IMG/VR virus record: IMGVR_UViG_3300032322_002907
Direction: 5' to 3' (one strand)
DNA from: an uncultured virus (IMG/VR IMGVR_UViG_3300032322_002907)
Taxonomy: Duplodnaviria; Heunggongvirae; Uroviricota; Caudoviricetes
Length of the DNA: 64,000 bases
Position 1 is the first letter of the stretch; each line of letters starts with the position of its first letter. This document shows positions 47,793 to 56,492 of this stretch, one piece after another. A program made the translations under genes and the position numbers. The notes beneath the pieces were generated by a model. That model ran no database searches, was not told the DNA's origin, and saw only the letters and a program-made list of their open reading frames with translations.

Positions 47793-47893
47793 AAAAGTTC
47801 CTAAGCATTTTAACAATCATATTTTCTTCCATCGCTGAAGGTAGAGCAAAAGCATACGAAGCAAGATTACGTCACCGCGGAATTATGCTTTAA
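47789..47893 (+). CDS. Small peptide (34 aa)
   Basis: MKKFLSILTIIFSSIAEGRAKAYEARLRHRGIML*; ATGA overlap with the previous ORF. Confidence 0.5.
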   Translation: MKKFLSILTIIFSSIAEGRAKAYEARLRHRGIML

Positions 47894-48705
47894 ACTTCTA
47901 CTGGTAGTGGGAAGTATGGGTCAACATCTTGATATTGTCTTTCGTATCCCACGTAACCTCGAGGATTGCACACAACGCGGGTATTACCCACCATGTAATC
48001 GAATTCTGAGTGGGTGTGCCCGTGTACCCACAGTTTAATTTGAGGGCGACTCATAATAAATTCTTCTAGATTAGAACGATACGCTCCATTCATGTGGTAA
48101 TCTCTTTCATAGTTTGGCTTAACACTCTTATGAGAAGGTGCGTGGTGACCAACAACGACACACTTTTTATCGGCGTAAATTTTTGTTTGTTCATCGATAA
48201 ACGAAAGACTTTTCTTATGTTGTTCTAGAACATCTTGCGGTGTGAACTTACGATTCTGTACACGATTTCTGATGATTCGAAAATCATTCATGCATCCTTG
48301 TGCAGTAGCCATACTGATAGGATCTTCTTTATTAAAGTCTGTCCATAAAGTTTGTCCGATGAACACTATATCATCAATCTGTTTCGTTTCATTATCAAGA
48401 AAATAAACGTTTGGTCCGACACTTTCGCAAAACTCACGGAGAATCATAGGCGAATCGTTGAAGTCACCTCCATAGTGTTCATGGTTACCCATGATGTAAA
48501 TCACGTGAGGAAACTTCTCTGAGCAGGTACGGAAAAATTCTTTAAAGTCCTCAATATCTTTTTCACGATAATTTCCAGGTTCTTTACCTAAAGCCCTTGC
48601 AACAAGAATATCACCCGCAAGAATTAGAACATCGATGTTTTCTTTATTCTCGATAGGAAGATATCCAAACTCAAGATGAATGTCAGAACAGATACCTAGC
48701 TTCAT
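47890..48705 (-). CDS. Calcineurin-like metallophosphoesterase
   Basis: SDIHLE, LAGD, GNHE, HHAP, HGHTH, NPRGY. Confidence 0.9.
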   Translation of the reverse strand: MKLGICSDIHLEFGYLPIENKENIDVLILAGDILVARALGKEPGNYREKDIEDFKEFFRTCSEKFPHVIYIMGNHEHYGGDFNDSPMILREFCESVGPNVYFLDNETKQIDDIVFIGQTLWTDFNKEDPISMATAQGCMNDFRIIRNRVQNRKFTPQDVLEQHKKSLSFIDEQTKIYADKKCVVVGHHAPSHKSVKPNYERDYHMNGAYRSNLEEFIMSRPQIKLWVHGHTHSEFDYMVGNTRVVCNPRGYVGYERQYQDVDPYFPLPVEV

Positions 48706-48950
48706 TATGGTCCTTCGTATACGTGTACTTTAATTTCTACCCCACAACCAGGATATTTTTTTTCATTCAACGAACGAATTAGATCAAAGGGGATGGTTTG
48801 TTTTTCACCCCACACCCCCAAAATTTTTTTCTTCTTCGGCCTATTCATTGCATCAAGAATATGAACTTCAACGATATTCCGAATTTGATTAAACATTAGT
48901 TGATCCTTGCGGTACGGGTGCGGTTGTAATCGTTTCATACAACGATTCAA
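48705..48950 (-). CDS. Hypothetical protein (start uncertain)
   Basis: ORF filling the gap between DsbA and the phosphoesterase. Confidence 0.45.
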   Translation of the reverse strand: MNRCMKRLQPHPYRKDQLMFNQIRNIVEVHILDAMNRPKKKKILGVWGEKQTIPFDLIRSLNEKKYPGCGVEIKVHVYEGP

Positions 48951-49176
48951 ATTCTTCTTGCTCTTCTACCTCTTGTGTAAACGTTTGTGTATGGTATACC
49001 TTAATCATTTTGCGAAAGACACGTTTTGAGATCATCGGATACTTCGCTGTAATATCCTTAATCGTTTCGCTAATGTAACTGCGCTCACCCTCGATTCGAG
49101 TCATCGCGCCAGAAATTTCATGAAGTGCATCTCGAATGGTTTTTCGATCTGCGGGATTGCTAAAAATCATACTCAT
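48889..49176 (-). CDS. dsDNA-binding protein DsbA (T4-type)
   Basis: EIS..M.RIE.ER..I...I......ISK..F.KM...YH.Q.F..E..E.EEFE.LYE. Confidence 0.8.
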   Translation of the reverse strand: MSMIFSNPADRKTIRDALHEISGAMTRIEGERSYISETIKDITAKYPMISKRVFRKMIKVYHTQTFTQEVEEQEEFESLYETITTAPVPQGSTNV

Positions 49177-49184
49177 AATATCTC

Positions 49185-49586
49185 CTATCGTCTACGTTCA
49201 CTTGATCCAAGTGTAGTCGGATCTGTGTCATCTGTAATGTATTGAATACCACCTTTGTTGTAAGCAATTGCAACACGTTTACTTTTTGCAATGATCGCTT
49301 CCTGAACTTCTTCTGATTCCTTTTGCAAATTGAAAGGATCCATGATACTTTTTACACCCAGAACAGTTGCCTTACCTGAATCGACGCTGGGAATCGCAAG
49401 AGCCTCTTCATAACCTCGACGATATGGTTTATTTTGTGTCAGCTTTCCTGAGGGCTTTGAGGGTTTTTGCCCAGAAGGATTTACACTTTTTAACCAACGA
49501 TTGTATTCTTCCGCCTCTTGCCTCTTCGGTCGGTTGGGCTTTTTTGAACTGCGGGTGGTCGTATAGATCAGCATGCCATTCACCAT
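49185..49586 (-). CDS. Conserved hypothetical protein
   Basis: C-terminal R.A.AYNKG..QYI motif. Confidence 0.6.
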   Translation of the reverse strand: MVNGMLIYTTTRSSKKPNRPKRQEAEEYNRWLKSVNPSGQKPSKPSGKLTQNKPYRRGYEEALAIPSVDSGKATVLGVKSIMDPFNLQKESEEVQEAIIAKSKRVAIAYNKGGIQYITDDTDPTTLGSSERRR

Positions 49587-49597
49587 TCAAAAACATC

Positions 49598-49626
49598 ATT
49601 GTAACATCAGCTTCTACGCCTGTCAA
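49598..49626 (-). promoter_or_regulatory. sigma70 promoter TTGACA-N17-TACAAT (extended -10)
   Basis: Hexamers at 49621-26 and 49598-603. Confidence 0.65.
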
Positions 49627-50123
49627 GCGGCCTTCTTCGGCCTTCCTCGCTTTTTTGGTGCTGTTTCCTCCTGTTGTTGCGTTTCTACAACAGGTTGTTG
49701 CACAGGAAGCAAGTCGGGAAACGTTTGATTGACCAGGTCATATGTCATAGCAGAATACATGCGAGTCAATTCTTTATCTTTCACGGCACACAGAAGTTCA
49801 GCTTCTTTTTCATTGATGCTTTCTAGCAATTGAATGAAAAGAGTCTCACGTTTAATCTTGTGCAAGTTCGGCGGGGGATTGATCCACGTATACATCCGAC
49901 GCATTTCTTTATAAAGATTGGTGTCTGCCATTCCCATAGGTATACCTCTTCGTTTGAATGGGGGCATACCCTCAGGAAGTTGCATACGAACTTCAGGATG
50001 AAAGTTCATCTTTAATAGGTCGATGAGTACGGGAGAAGTATTTTTAAGCAGAATTTGTTTTCGTTCTTCAACGGTTTCTGCTTTTTGTACTTTATCAAAA
50101 ATTTCAGGAAGTAAAAGGCGCAT
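49623..50123 (-). CDS. Conserved T4-like hypothetical protein (downstream of rnh)
   Basis: LPEG.PP, L..E...MY, KRE.LFIQLLE.....EA..L...KDK.L. Confidence 0.7.
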   Translation of the reverse strand: MRLLLPEIFDKVQKAETVEERKQILLKNTSPVLIDLLKMNFHPEVRMQLPEGMPPFKRRGIPMGMADTNLYKEMRRMYTWINPPPNLHKIKRETLFIQLLESINEKEAELLCAVKDKELTRMYSAMTYDLVNQTFPDLLPVQQPVVETQQQEETAPKKRGRPKKAA

Positions 50124-50124
50124 T

Positions 50125-51006
50125 TTAAAACTCCGATATAACCTCAAGCATCATTTTCATTTTATTTTGCATGAAGTAGTTTAGTAGCTGACTACGATCT
50201 TTTTTGGGTTGACTAACGAAATTATTTATAATAGATTCCTTTACACTTCGAGGAATACAATCAAGATCTACCAAAACTTTATTACGGTCATAGTTCTTTT
50301 TAAACTCATTGTCGGATGGCATTTTTTGAGAATCCTTAATCCATTCCTCCAGCTTCTTGCTCATCACAGGTTTTTGTCTGCGACCTTCTACAAGACAATT
50401 ATCGTCTGACAGAACATTAGGAACACCATCACCCGTATCTCCGCGAATAATGTGCTCAATGACATAATGTTCAGGTTTACGGTCAGGTTTCACCATTTTC
50501 TTATGAATGGGACTATACTGTTTGACGTTTGGATACTTCTGCAACTGGATGAAGTCGTGGTCTCCTGACACAACCAGAAATGGTTTGGGTTCTTCGACGA
50601 TACCCACAGAAAGGTCGTTTGTTTGGGTCCACTCCGCAAGAGTCGCAATAACATCATCTGCCTCAGCGCCTTCAATGTTTAGAACAGGGTATGGAAAGAA
50701 AGTATTCAGTTCTTCGCGAATGGTAGATAACGCCTCAAAGATTGCTTTCCAATCATACCCCGAATCTTCTCTTTCTTTCTTACGATTGGCTTTGTAGTTC
50801 GGAAACACTGATCTGCGCCAGTAAGTGCGATTGTCGCAAGCGATTACAATGTCACCATATGTTGCACCAAATTTTTGCTTGTACCCGCGAATAGAATTTA
50901 GAATCATATGGCGAATGAGAGGGAGGTTAATCTCAATGTCTTTGCGACCTCCCAATTCAGCCATCAAGTTTGAGATGGCTGTCTGCGAATAATCAATTAC
51001 AATCAT
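50125..51006 (-). CDS. rnh: RNase H / 5'-3' exonuclease
   Basis: RHMILNSI, WR...FP.YKA.RK, EADD.IA, SGD.DF.QL, GD.GDGVPN.LS. Confidence 0.93.
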   Translation of the reverse strand: MIVIDYSQTAISNLMAELGGRKDIEINLPLIRHMILNSIRGYKQKFGATYGDIVIACDNRTYWRRSVFPNYKANRKKEREDSGYDWKAIFEALSTIREELNTFFPYPVLNIEGAEADDVIATLAEWTQTNDLSVGIVEEPKPFLVVSGDHDFIQLQKYPNVKQYSPIHKKMVKPDRKPEHYVIEHIIRGDTGDGVPNVLSDDNCLVEGRRQKPVMSKKLEEWIKDSQKMPSDNEFKKNYDRNKVLVDLDCIPRSVKESIINNFVSQPKKDRSQLLNYFMQNKMKMMLEVISEF

Positions 51007-52064
51007 TTAATAGTCCTAACGATTAGAGTGTCTGCATTAAGGCGACCGTTGACTTCTACTTGCACTGCTTTGATGTTGTCCATAAATTTACGAAGCTGAA
51101 TCTTGCCTGCACTTAGTAGATCCTTAAGTTGTTCAGCAGGTTTACGCAGAGTCTTTTGACAAGACATCTCAGGATCGTAGTTTTGCAAAGTTGTACCTTT
51201 GACTTGAATCCCCAAGGCGCTGTCAGTTCGATATACAGACAGCTTTCGTGTTTTTGTATTGAACAACCAAACCTGTTGGGCACCAACAATAGTTGTAGGT
51301 GACACTGAAGTGATCTTCAAATCATCATCTTTAGCTTTGTACTTTAGCGTTTTTACTTGTTGTGTCGGAGGCTTGACTTTCTTTTCGCGAGGTTTACGAT
51401 TAGCTTTTTTGTATGAAGAATACTTTTCAGCATCCTCAACAAACGTCGCTAGTTTCTTAATGAAAGCAAGAAGGTCCTTCTTTCGAATGTTTGAATAACC
51501 TTCAACAAGGTCTTTGTCTGTGCCTTCATAGGCGCTGATGAGTTCCTTCAGCTTTGTCTTTGTCCATTCTTCAATGTTAGGCCCGATAGTTTGAGGCATC
51601 TGATTTTTCTTCAGGTCCTCGAGCAAAGAGAATGATTCTTTGGGGTTCTTGAATAGTTGGTCAAAGACCCCTTCAAGTTCGCCAATGTAAGCATTAATTT
51701 TATTTTGCGTAGCTTCTTGAATAGAGACACGTGGAGTGTTTGTCGTAACAGGCACAGACTTCTTTGCACGATTCAATTGTGCCAGATATACGTTTAGTTT
51801 GTCAACGTGCTCCTCGGAGAGGTTTGCTCCTTTATTGCACAAATGTGCAATCCACCCCATCGTGGGAACAATATCAGAATCAGTCACACCTGAAATAGTA
51901 ATGCCTTGCTTCTTTGCATACTGTTCAATGTAATTCCGTGCATCCTTCTTATCCCGTTCGAAATTAAACCAATTCAAGGCACTGACTAGTTTTGCAGTGT
52001 AGTCATCTTTAGATACATCGATGGATACGAAGTTGGGTTCAGAGGATGCGACGGCTTTACTCAC
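51003..52064 (-). CDS. Conserved T4-like hypothetical protein (353 aa)
   Basis: S..P..IVGA...W.FNTK.RKL, VKGTT, S..KTLRKP, NGR.N motifs. Confidence 0.7.
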   Translation of the reverse strand: MSKAVASSEPNFVSIDVSKDDYTAKLVSALNWFNFERDKKDARNYIEQYAKKQGITISGVTDSDIVPTMGWIAHLCNKGANLSEEHVDKLNVYLAQLNRAKKSVPVTTNTPRVSIQEATQNKINAYIGELEGVFDQLFKNPKESFSLLEDLKKNQMPQTIGPNIEEWTKTKLKELISAYEGTDKDLVEGYSNIRKKDLLAFIKKLATFVEDAEKYSSYKKANRKPREKKVKPPTQQVKTLKYKAKDDDLKITSVSPTTIVGAQQVWLFNTKTRKLSVYRTDSALGIQVKGTTLQNYDPEMSCQKTLRKPAEQLKDLLSAGKIQLRKFMDNIKAVQVEVNGRLNADTLIVRTIK

Positions 52065-52345
52065 AGTGTGATCCTTACTTGTTTGATGGAATCATATCGT
52101 ACAGAACGCCACTCACCAATGTCAATATCAACAAGTGAAATAACTTCATCGTTGGGCACTTTAGTTCGACCCGTCTTGCTTTCATAAACAGGAATTTTAC
52201 TTTCCTCAAGCGATGCATTCATCACCCGCTCGCTTCCGTCAGTTTTCGTAAAGGTCAATTCGACGCCACCCATACGAAGCATGCTTTTCAACCAATCGCG
52301 AAAAGCTAGTTGGTTGTCCTCATCCCAATTAGTGTACTGGTTCAT
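52061..52345 (-). CDS. SH3/WYL_2-like beta-barrel protein
   Basis: FTK.DG.ER.M...L, D.D..EWRS.R.D. Confidence 0.75.
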   Translation of the reverse strand: MNQYTNWDEDNQLAFRDWLKSMLRMGGVELTFTKTDGSERVMNASLEESKIPVYESKTGRTKVPNDEVISLVDIDIGEWRSVRYDSIKQVRITL

Positions 52346-52572
52346 AATCCATACCTTTCTAAAATTTTGTTGTGAATACCTTCAACCAAATGACTGTCAA
52401 TATACTCAGCGCAATCTCGAATTAGAAGTTCAACGAATGCATTCATCTCCCTATCATATTGTGCTGCCCAATCAATCACTGCACCTTCAGGCTTCCAACC
52501 TTCATCTTCCCAAAAGCAAAATCCTGCTTCTTCAAGCAACTGCTTTATATTTTTGTGTTCAATAATTTGCAT
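52342..52572 (-). CDS. Hypothetical protein
   Basis: EAGF.FW..E.W.P....IDW, F.EL....C. Confidence 0.6.
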   Translation of the reverse strand: MQIIEHKNIKQLLEEAGFCFWEDEGWKPEGAVIDWAAQYDREMNAFVELLIRDCAEYIDSHLVEGIHNKILERYGL

Positions 52573-52749
52573 ATTATTCTACCGGGGAAAGCATTTCAAT
52601 GCCTTGAGAGATGAAAAGTTGATATTCCATTACGAGTTCAGAAGAATATTCGCCAAGATGCTCATGAATATATCGCAAAGCCCCACTTGCATCTAAACTA
52701 TACACTTCACGTAAACGTTCGACTTCACTTAAAAGACGAGAGAACATTT

Positions 52750-53043
52750 TTACCTCAAGTAAAGATACCCACCTGACCAGGTAATATTCGTAGGATAATT
52801 ATTTAGCAAGTTAAATCGCACATGCTTTGCAGGGGCATTCCAAGAGGCAGGCATGTAAACATCACCCGTTTTCATATCAACAAAAGCATGTACAGATCGG
52901 CTATTGTTATGAGTAACATTGATGATCTTTGCGTACTTTCTTCCGTATTCTACTTCTGCCCAAAATGAAAGCGTGCCAGTGTAAGACGCTTCAATATCAT
53001 TGACATAACGATTAATTGCAATGGTAAGATCAGGAGGCATCAT
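52750..53043 (-). CDS. Early hypothetical protein
   Basis: GRKY.KI, SVHAFVD..TGDVY.PASW.APAKHVRF, W.GGYLY. Confidence 0.7.
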   Translation of the reverse strand: MMPPDLTIAINRYVNDIEASYTGTLSFWAEVEYGRKYAKIINVTHNNSRSVHAFVDMKTGDVYMPASWNAPAKHVRFNLLNNYPTNITWSGGYLYLR

Positions 53044-53046
53044 GAT

Positions 53047-53292
53047 TTAAGCTCCGATTGTTTGATAGTAGCCATCCGCTGTCACGCGAAGAGCAGCATC
53101 TCCAGCAGTACCTCGCCGATACAGAGGACCACCAGTAAAGTAGACACAAGCCTCATTACAGACATCGAACATATTTGGATGAATCCAAGCATCGATGGGA
53201 AGTTTCCAGTGTTCTGGATTTTGAATGAGTTTAAAAGCGTCATTCAATTGCCCATGAGTGTAGCCAAGACGACTTACAATTTGGTCATTCAT
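53047..53292 (-). CDS. Early hypothetical protein
   Basis: HWK.PI...I, A...FTG, V.A.GYY..IGA. Confidence 0.65.
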   Translation of the reverse strand: MNDQIVSRLGYTHGQLNDAFKLIQNPEHWKLPIDAWIHPNMFDVCNEACVYFTGGPLYRRGTAGDAALRVTADGYYQTIGA

Positions 53293-53540
53293 TAGATTAG
53301 ATCCACTTGAACATCGACGGAAGTACGTTCCATGCGATCATTGTAGAAGGTACTGGTATAAGCAAACCCGTTGATTTTCTCGCGAGCGATATGCTCTAGA
53401 GCATTCCAAGCAGCAACCCGCTGTTCAGTAAAACTCATTTGAGTCATACCCTCAACAGTAGTGACAAAACCGACACCGTTGACAATCACACGGACAGGCT
53501 GGGAGTTTTTCAGACCACGAATCACTGAACGAGTACGCAT
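53292..53540 (-). CDS. Early hypothetical protein
   Basis: MRTRSVIRGLKNSQ..RVIV.GVGF; start reassigned to the ATG at 53540. Confidence 0.6.
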   Translation of the reverse strand: MRTRSVIRGLKNSQPVRVIVNGVGFVTTVEGMTQMSFTEQRVAAWNALEHIAREKINGFAYTSTFYNDRMERTSVDVQVDLI

Positions 53541-53571
53541 CTCTATCTCTCTCAATCAATCAACAAAATCA

Positions 53572-53620
53572 ATTATACATCTACTGGCGAAAAGTGCAAC
53601 CGGTGTTGCACAGAAACAAC
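53572..53620 (-). promoter_or_regulatory. Early promoter TTGCAC-N16-TATAAT with upstream GTTG-N8-CAAC palindrome
   Basis: -10 at 53572-77, -35 at 53594-99 (same GGTTGCACTTT context as 46346-56), palindrome at 53605-20. Confidence 0.7.
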
Positions 53621-53621
53621 A

Positions 53622-53816
53622 TTATTTCCAGGCAGAAGTAGTCCCGACCGAGACTAGGCATTCCAGTTCTTCACGAGCTTCTTTCTCAGTGTCAAACCCC
53701 GAAGAATCGTAGCTTCCATCATAGAGCTTAACGTAATAACCACCTACTCCGGGGCTGTGATCTAGATCCAGACCATACTCACCCTTACCTTCAACGATGA
53801 AAATCGCCTTGTCCAT
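53622..53816 (-). CDS. Small acidic early protein
   Basis: ORF with strong AAGGAG RBS. Confidence 0.6.
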   Translation of the reverse strand: MDKAIFIVEGKGEYGLDLDHSPGVGGYYVKLYDGSYDSSGFDTEKEAREELECLVSVGTTSAWK

Positions 53817-53831
53817 TTCCTGCTCCTTTTC

Positions 53832-54146
53832 TCAGAAACTGTTCAATGTAGGAGAAAGTTCAGTAATCAGTTGACGTTCTCGCTGATGGGCATTCTTACG
53901 TCCTCGCACAATCTCCAGCACCTGATAACGCCAAGACGTGTCTTGCTGGGCCCGTAGAGCCTTGCTGAAGGCCCAATCTTTGCCGTCGTTGAGGGCAGCA
54001 GAAACATGTTTCTGCCAACGAACCTTGACGGAACGCAGATAGGCTTGCCCTTGTGCAACTGTCAGACCCACGTAAGTATCGCCAGTAGATACGTTAGTGA
54101 TCTGATAGAGCACGTGATTTCTGTCGGAACGTCGTTTTCTCATCAT
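53832..54146 (-). CDS. Small GIY-YIG-like protein
   Basis: HVLYQITN..TG..YVGLT, R...H, E..LI....P.LN. Confidence 0.65.
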   Translation of the reverse strand: MMRKRRSDRNHVLYQITNVSTGDTYVGLTVAQGQAYLRSVKVRWQKHVSAALNDGKDWAFSKALRAQQDTSWRYQVLEIVRGRKNAHQRERQLITELSPTLNSF

Positions 54147-54152
54147 GCTTAC

Positions 54153-54215
54153 ATTATACAGAAGCTGGATAGAATGTCAAGCAGAAGTTATCCACAGGTG
54201 TTGCAACAAAACAAC
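54153..54215 (-). promoter_or_regulatory. Early promoter TTGACA-N16-TATAAT, DnaA box and GTTG-N8-CAAC palindrome
   Basis: -10 at 54153-58, -35 at 54175-80, TTATCCACA at 54188-96, palindrome at 54200-15. Confidence 0.7.
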
Positions 54216-54216
54216 A

Positions 54217-54621
54217 CTATTTTCTGAGGGTTTTTAGGTGAGATCCGTGGATTCTACAGTGGATTAAATTGTTGTACCACTCGGTCGGATATTCTAGAAC
54301 CCTTCGATCTATTTGTTCACGCAATTCAAGGTAGGAGAGCTCACCCTTCCCAAAGCACAAATGCACGATTTCACGCTTAAAATTTTCTTCACCGAGGTTT
54401 TTTACATCTTGTTTTAGTTCATCTGATGAGGACCAATAAGTTTTCCAATCTGATTCAACCTTAAATCGTTTCTTCTTACCTTTTACTTGTTTAGTCCTTG
54501 ACGACCAAAATAATTTCTTTCCTATATATCGTCGATTTGTTTTTAAACAGGTAATCAGATAAACAAAACCCACATACTTATCAATTGATTCTTCAAATTC
54601 TCTATTCTGATATAACCACAT
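54217..54621 (-). CDS. GIY-YIG-fold protein conserved in T4-like phages
   Basis: GFVY.IT.....R.YIGKK, ESDW..Y..S, F.REI, YN..I. Confidence 0.75.
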   Translation of the reverse strand: MWLYQNREFEESIDKYVGFVYLITCLKTNRRYIGKKLFWSSRTKQVKGKKKRFKVESDWKTYWSSSDELKQDVKNLGEENFKREIVHLCFGKGELSYLELREQIDRRVLEYPTEWYNNLIHCRIHGSHLKTLRK

Positions 54622-54633
54622 ATTGATCCCAAA

Positions 54634-54786
54634 TCAATATGTATCCTCCTCCTCATGGTCTTCTAATTCCTCTTCTAATATTTCACCACAAAACGGACAA
54701 AATTCAATTTGAAAAATCTGAGGTTCTAGTTTAAATGAGATTTTAAATTCAGCGTTACACGCCATACAAACAAACTGTTTTTGCAT
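54634..54786 (-). CDS. Small zinc-ribbon protein with acidic tail (50 aa)
   Basis: MQKQFVCMACNAEF...FCPFCGEILEEELEDHEEEDTY*; read by hand. Confidence 0.7.
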   Translation of the reverse strand: MQKQFVCMACNAEFKISFKLEPQIFQIEFCPFCGEILEEELEDHEEEDTY

Positions 54787-54794
54787 AAGGTCTC

Positions 54795-55262
54795 CTAGAT
54801 TTGTGCGACCTCAACACTACATTTTTTGAGAAATTCTAACCCCTGTGTACTTCGATATGTATTTCTATAAAACACACTTTTAATGCCCGAAGTAAAAATC
54901 ATTTTTGCACATTCAATACAAGGAGCATGAGTGATAAACATAGCGGCGTTCTCACCTGACTCAGATGATCTTGCAAGTTTTGCGATTGCATTTGCTTCCG
55001 CATGAATAACTTCAGGTTTAGTTTTAAGTGAAATTGTGGTGACGGGCATGCCGGGACCCCCTTGGTCAAGAAAACAAATTTCTGTTTCTGAAATTTCTGT
55101 TTCACAATTGTTATCCCAACCTGCAGGTGTTCCATTATACCCGATACTAATTATCCTATCATTCTTTACAATAATACAACCCACCTTCAATCGTCTTGCA
55201 TATGAAAGTTCTGCATATGTTTCAGCGACTTTCATATGTGCATCAACCATTTTTGTTTTCAT
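54795..55262 (-). CDS. cd: dCMP deaminase
   Basis: VG..IVK..RIIS.GYNG, HAEANAI, PC..CAK. Confidence 0.93.
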   Translation of the reverse strand: MKTKMVDAHMKVAETYAELSYARRLKVGCIIVKNDRIISIGYNGTPAGWDNNCETEISETEICFLDQGGPGMPVTTISLKTKPEVIHAEANAIAKLARSSESGENAAMFITHAPCIECAKMIFTSGIKSVFYRNTYRSTQGLEFLKKCSVEVAQI

Positions 55263-56248
55263 GCAGCCTTTCCCCAAACCTCATCCCATGTCCCGCTCAT
55301 CGCCCCCTTTGCATAATCAGTTGCACGATTCTCAAAGAAGTTAGTGTGTGTTGGAGCATTAATCATTTCCTCAACCCAAGGCAAAGGATTCTTCTTTACT
55401 TTCATTATACCCTTGAGACCAAGACTAATAAGGCGGCGATCAGTAATATAACGAATATAACGTTTAACGTCATCAGCAGATAGGTTATACATATCGCCCA
55501 TGCCAAATGATAAATCGATAAAACGATCTTCGAGGTCAACCATTCTTGTTGCAATAGTATAGATTTCAGATTTGAGAGTATCGTTCCAAATTTCACGATT
55601 TTCCTCGATATAAGTTCTAAACAATTTAATCATTGACTCAGCGTGCATTGTTTCATCAACGATTGACCACGTTACAATCTGACCCATGCCTTTCATCTTT
55701 CCATGTCTTGGAAAATTTAACAGCATGATGAATGAGCTAAACAATTGCATTCCTTCAGTAAATGCAGAGAATAGCGCGATATTCTTCGCAACAGATGCAG
55801 TGTTTACAAGCCCGTTAGACCCATTCAAGATATAATCGTGTTTATCACGCATTTCTTGATACTCAAGAAACTGATTGTATGTGGTTTCAGGTAAACCAAG
55901 CGTCTCAATGAGATGACTATACGCTGCAATGTGCAATGCTTCGCGCGCCGCGAAGCCAGACAACATCATACGAATTTCTGGCTGAGGAAAATGAGGAAGG
56001 TAATTACGAACGTAACCACCAGCAACGTCAATATCTCCTTGCGTAAAGAACCTGAATATGTGCGTGAGGAATTCTTTTTCATTTTGCGTAAGTTTGTTTT
56101 TCCAGTCTTTAACATCTTCAATCATCGGAACTTCGGTATGCAACCAATGTGCTTGTTCATGTTTTAGCCAAGCGTCATATGCCCACGGATAACTGAACGG
56201 TTTAAAATGTAATCTTTCGTCGGTAAGTCTAAGTTTCTTTTTAACCAT
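55259..56248 (-). CDS. nrdB: Ribonucleotide reductase class Ia beta subunit
   Basis: FFTQGD, EALH..AY, EG..LFSSF, DE..H, NFFE. Confidence 0.95.
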   Translation of the reverse strand: MVKKKLRLTDERLHFKPFSYPWAYDAWLKHEQAHWLHTEVPMIEDVKDWKNKLTQNEKEFLTHIFRFFTQGDIDVAGGYVRNYLPHFPQPEIRMMLSGFAAREALHIAAYSHLIETLGLPETTYNQFLEYQEMRDKHDYILNGSNGLVNTASVAKNIALFSAFTEGMQLFSSFIMLLNFPRHGKMKGMGQIVTWSIVDETMHAESMIKLFRTYIEENREIWNDTLKSEIYTIATRMVDLEDRFIDLSFGMGDMYNLSADDVKRYIRYITDRRLISLGLKGIMKVKKNPLPWVEEMINAPTHTNFFENRATDYAKGAMSGTWDEVWGKAA

Positions 56249-56483
56249 TTGCCCACTCTTTAATTTGATTTGGTGAATGAACGCCGACCAATCTTTTTTC
56301 AATCGACCCATCCTTTAACACCAATGTCGGCACTGAACGAATTGCGTATTCTACAGCCATGTCTTCAAATACGTCAATGTCGATAACTTCAACCGGAATA
56401 TCAAGATTTGCTTGTTCCAAGTTCATTGACAATGCCTTACACGGTTGACACCATGAGGCAGTAAAACGATAAATCTTTTTCAT
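56241..56483 (-). CDS. Thioredoxin
   Basis: WCQPCK, IRSVPT. Confidence 0.9.
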   Translation of the reverse strand: MKKIYRFTASWCQPCKALSMNLEQANLDIPVEVIDIDVFEDMAVEYAIRSVPTLVLKDGSIEKRLVGVHSPNQIKEWANG

Positions 56484-56492
56484 ATAAATCCT

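Noticed and set aside
53832..54621. GIY-YIG ORFs as intron-encoded homing endonucleases
   Set aside because: They are free-standing, short, lack evident DNA-binding extensions and do not interrupt any gene; nrdA, nrdB and thyX appear uninterrupted.
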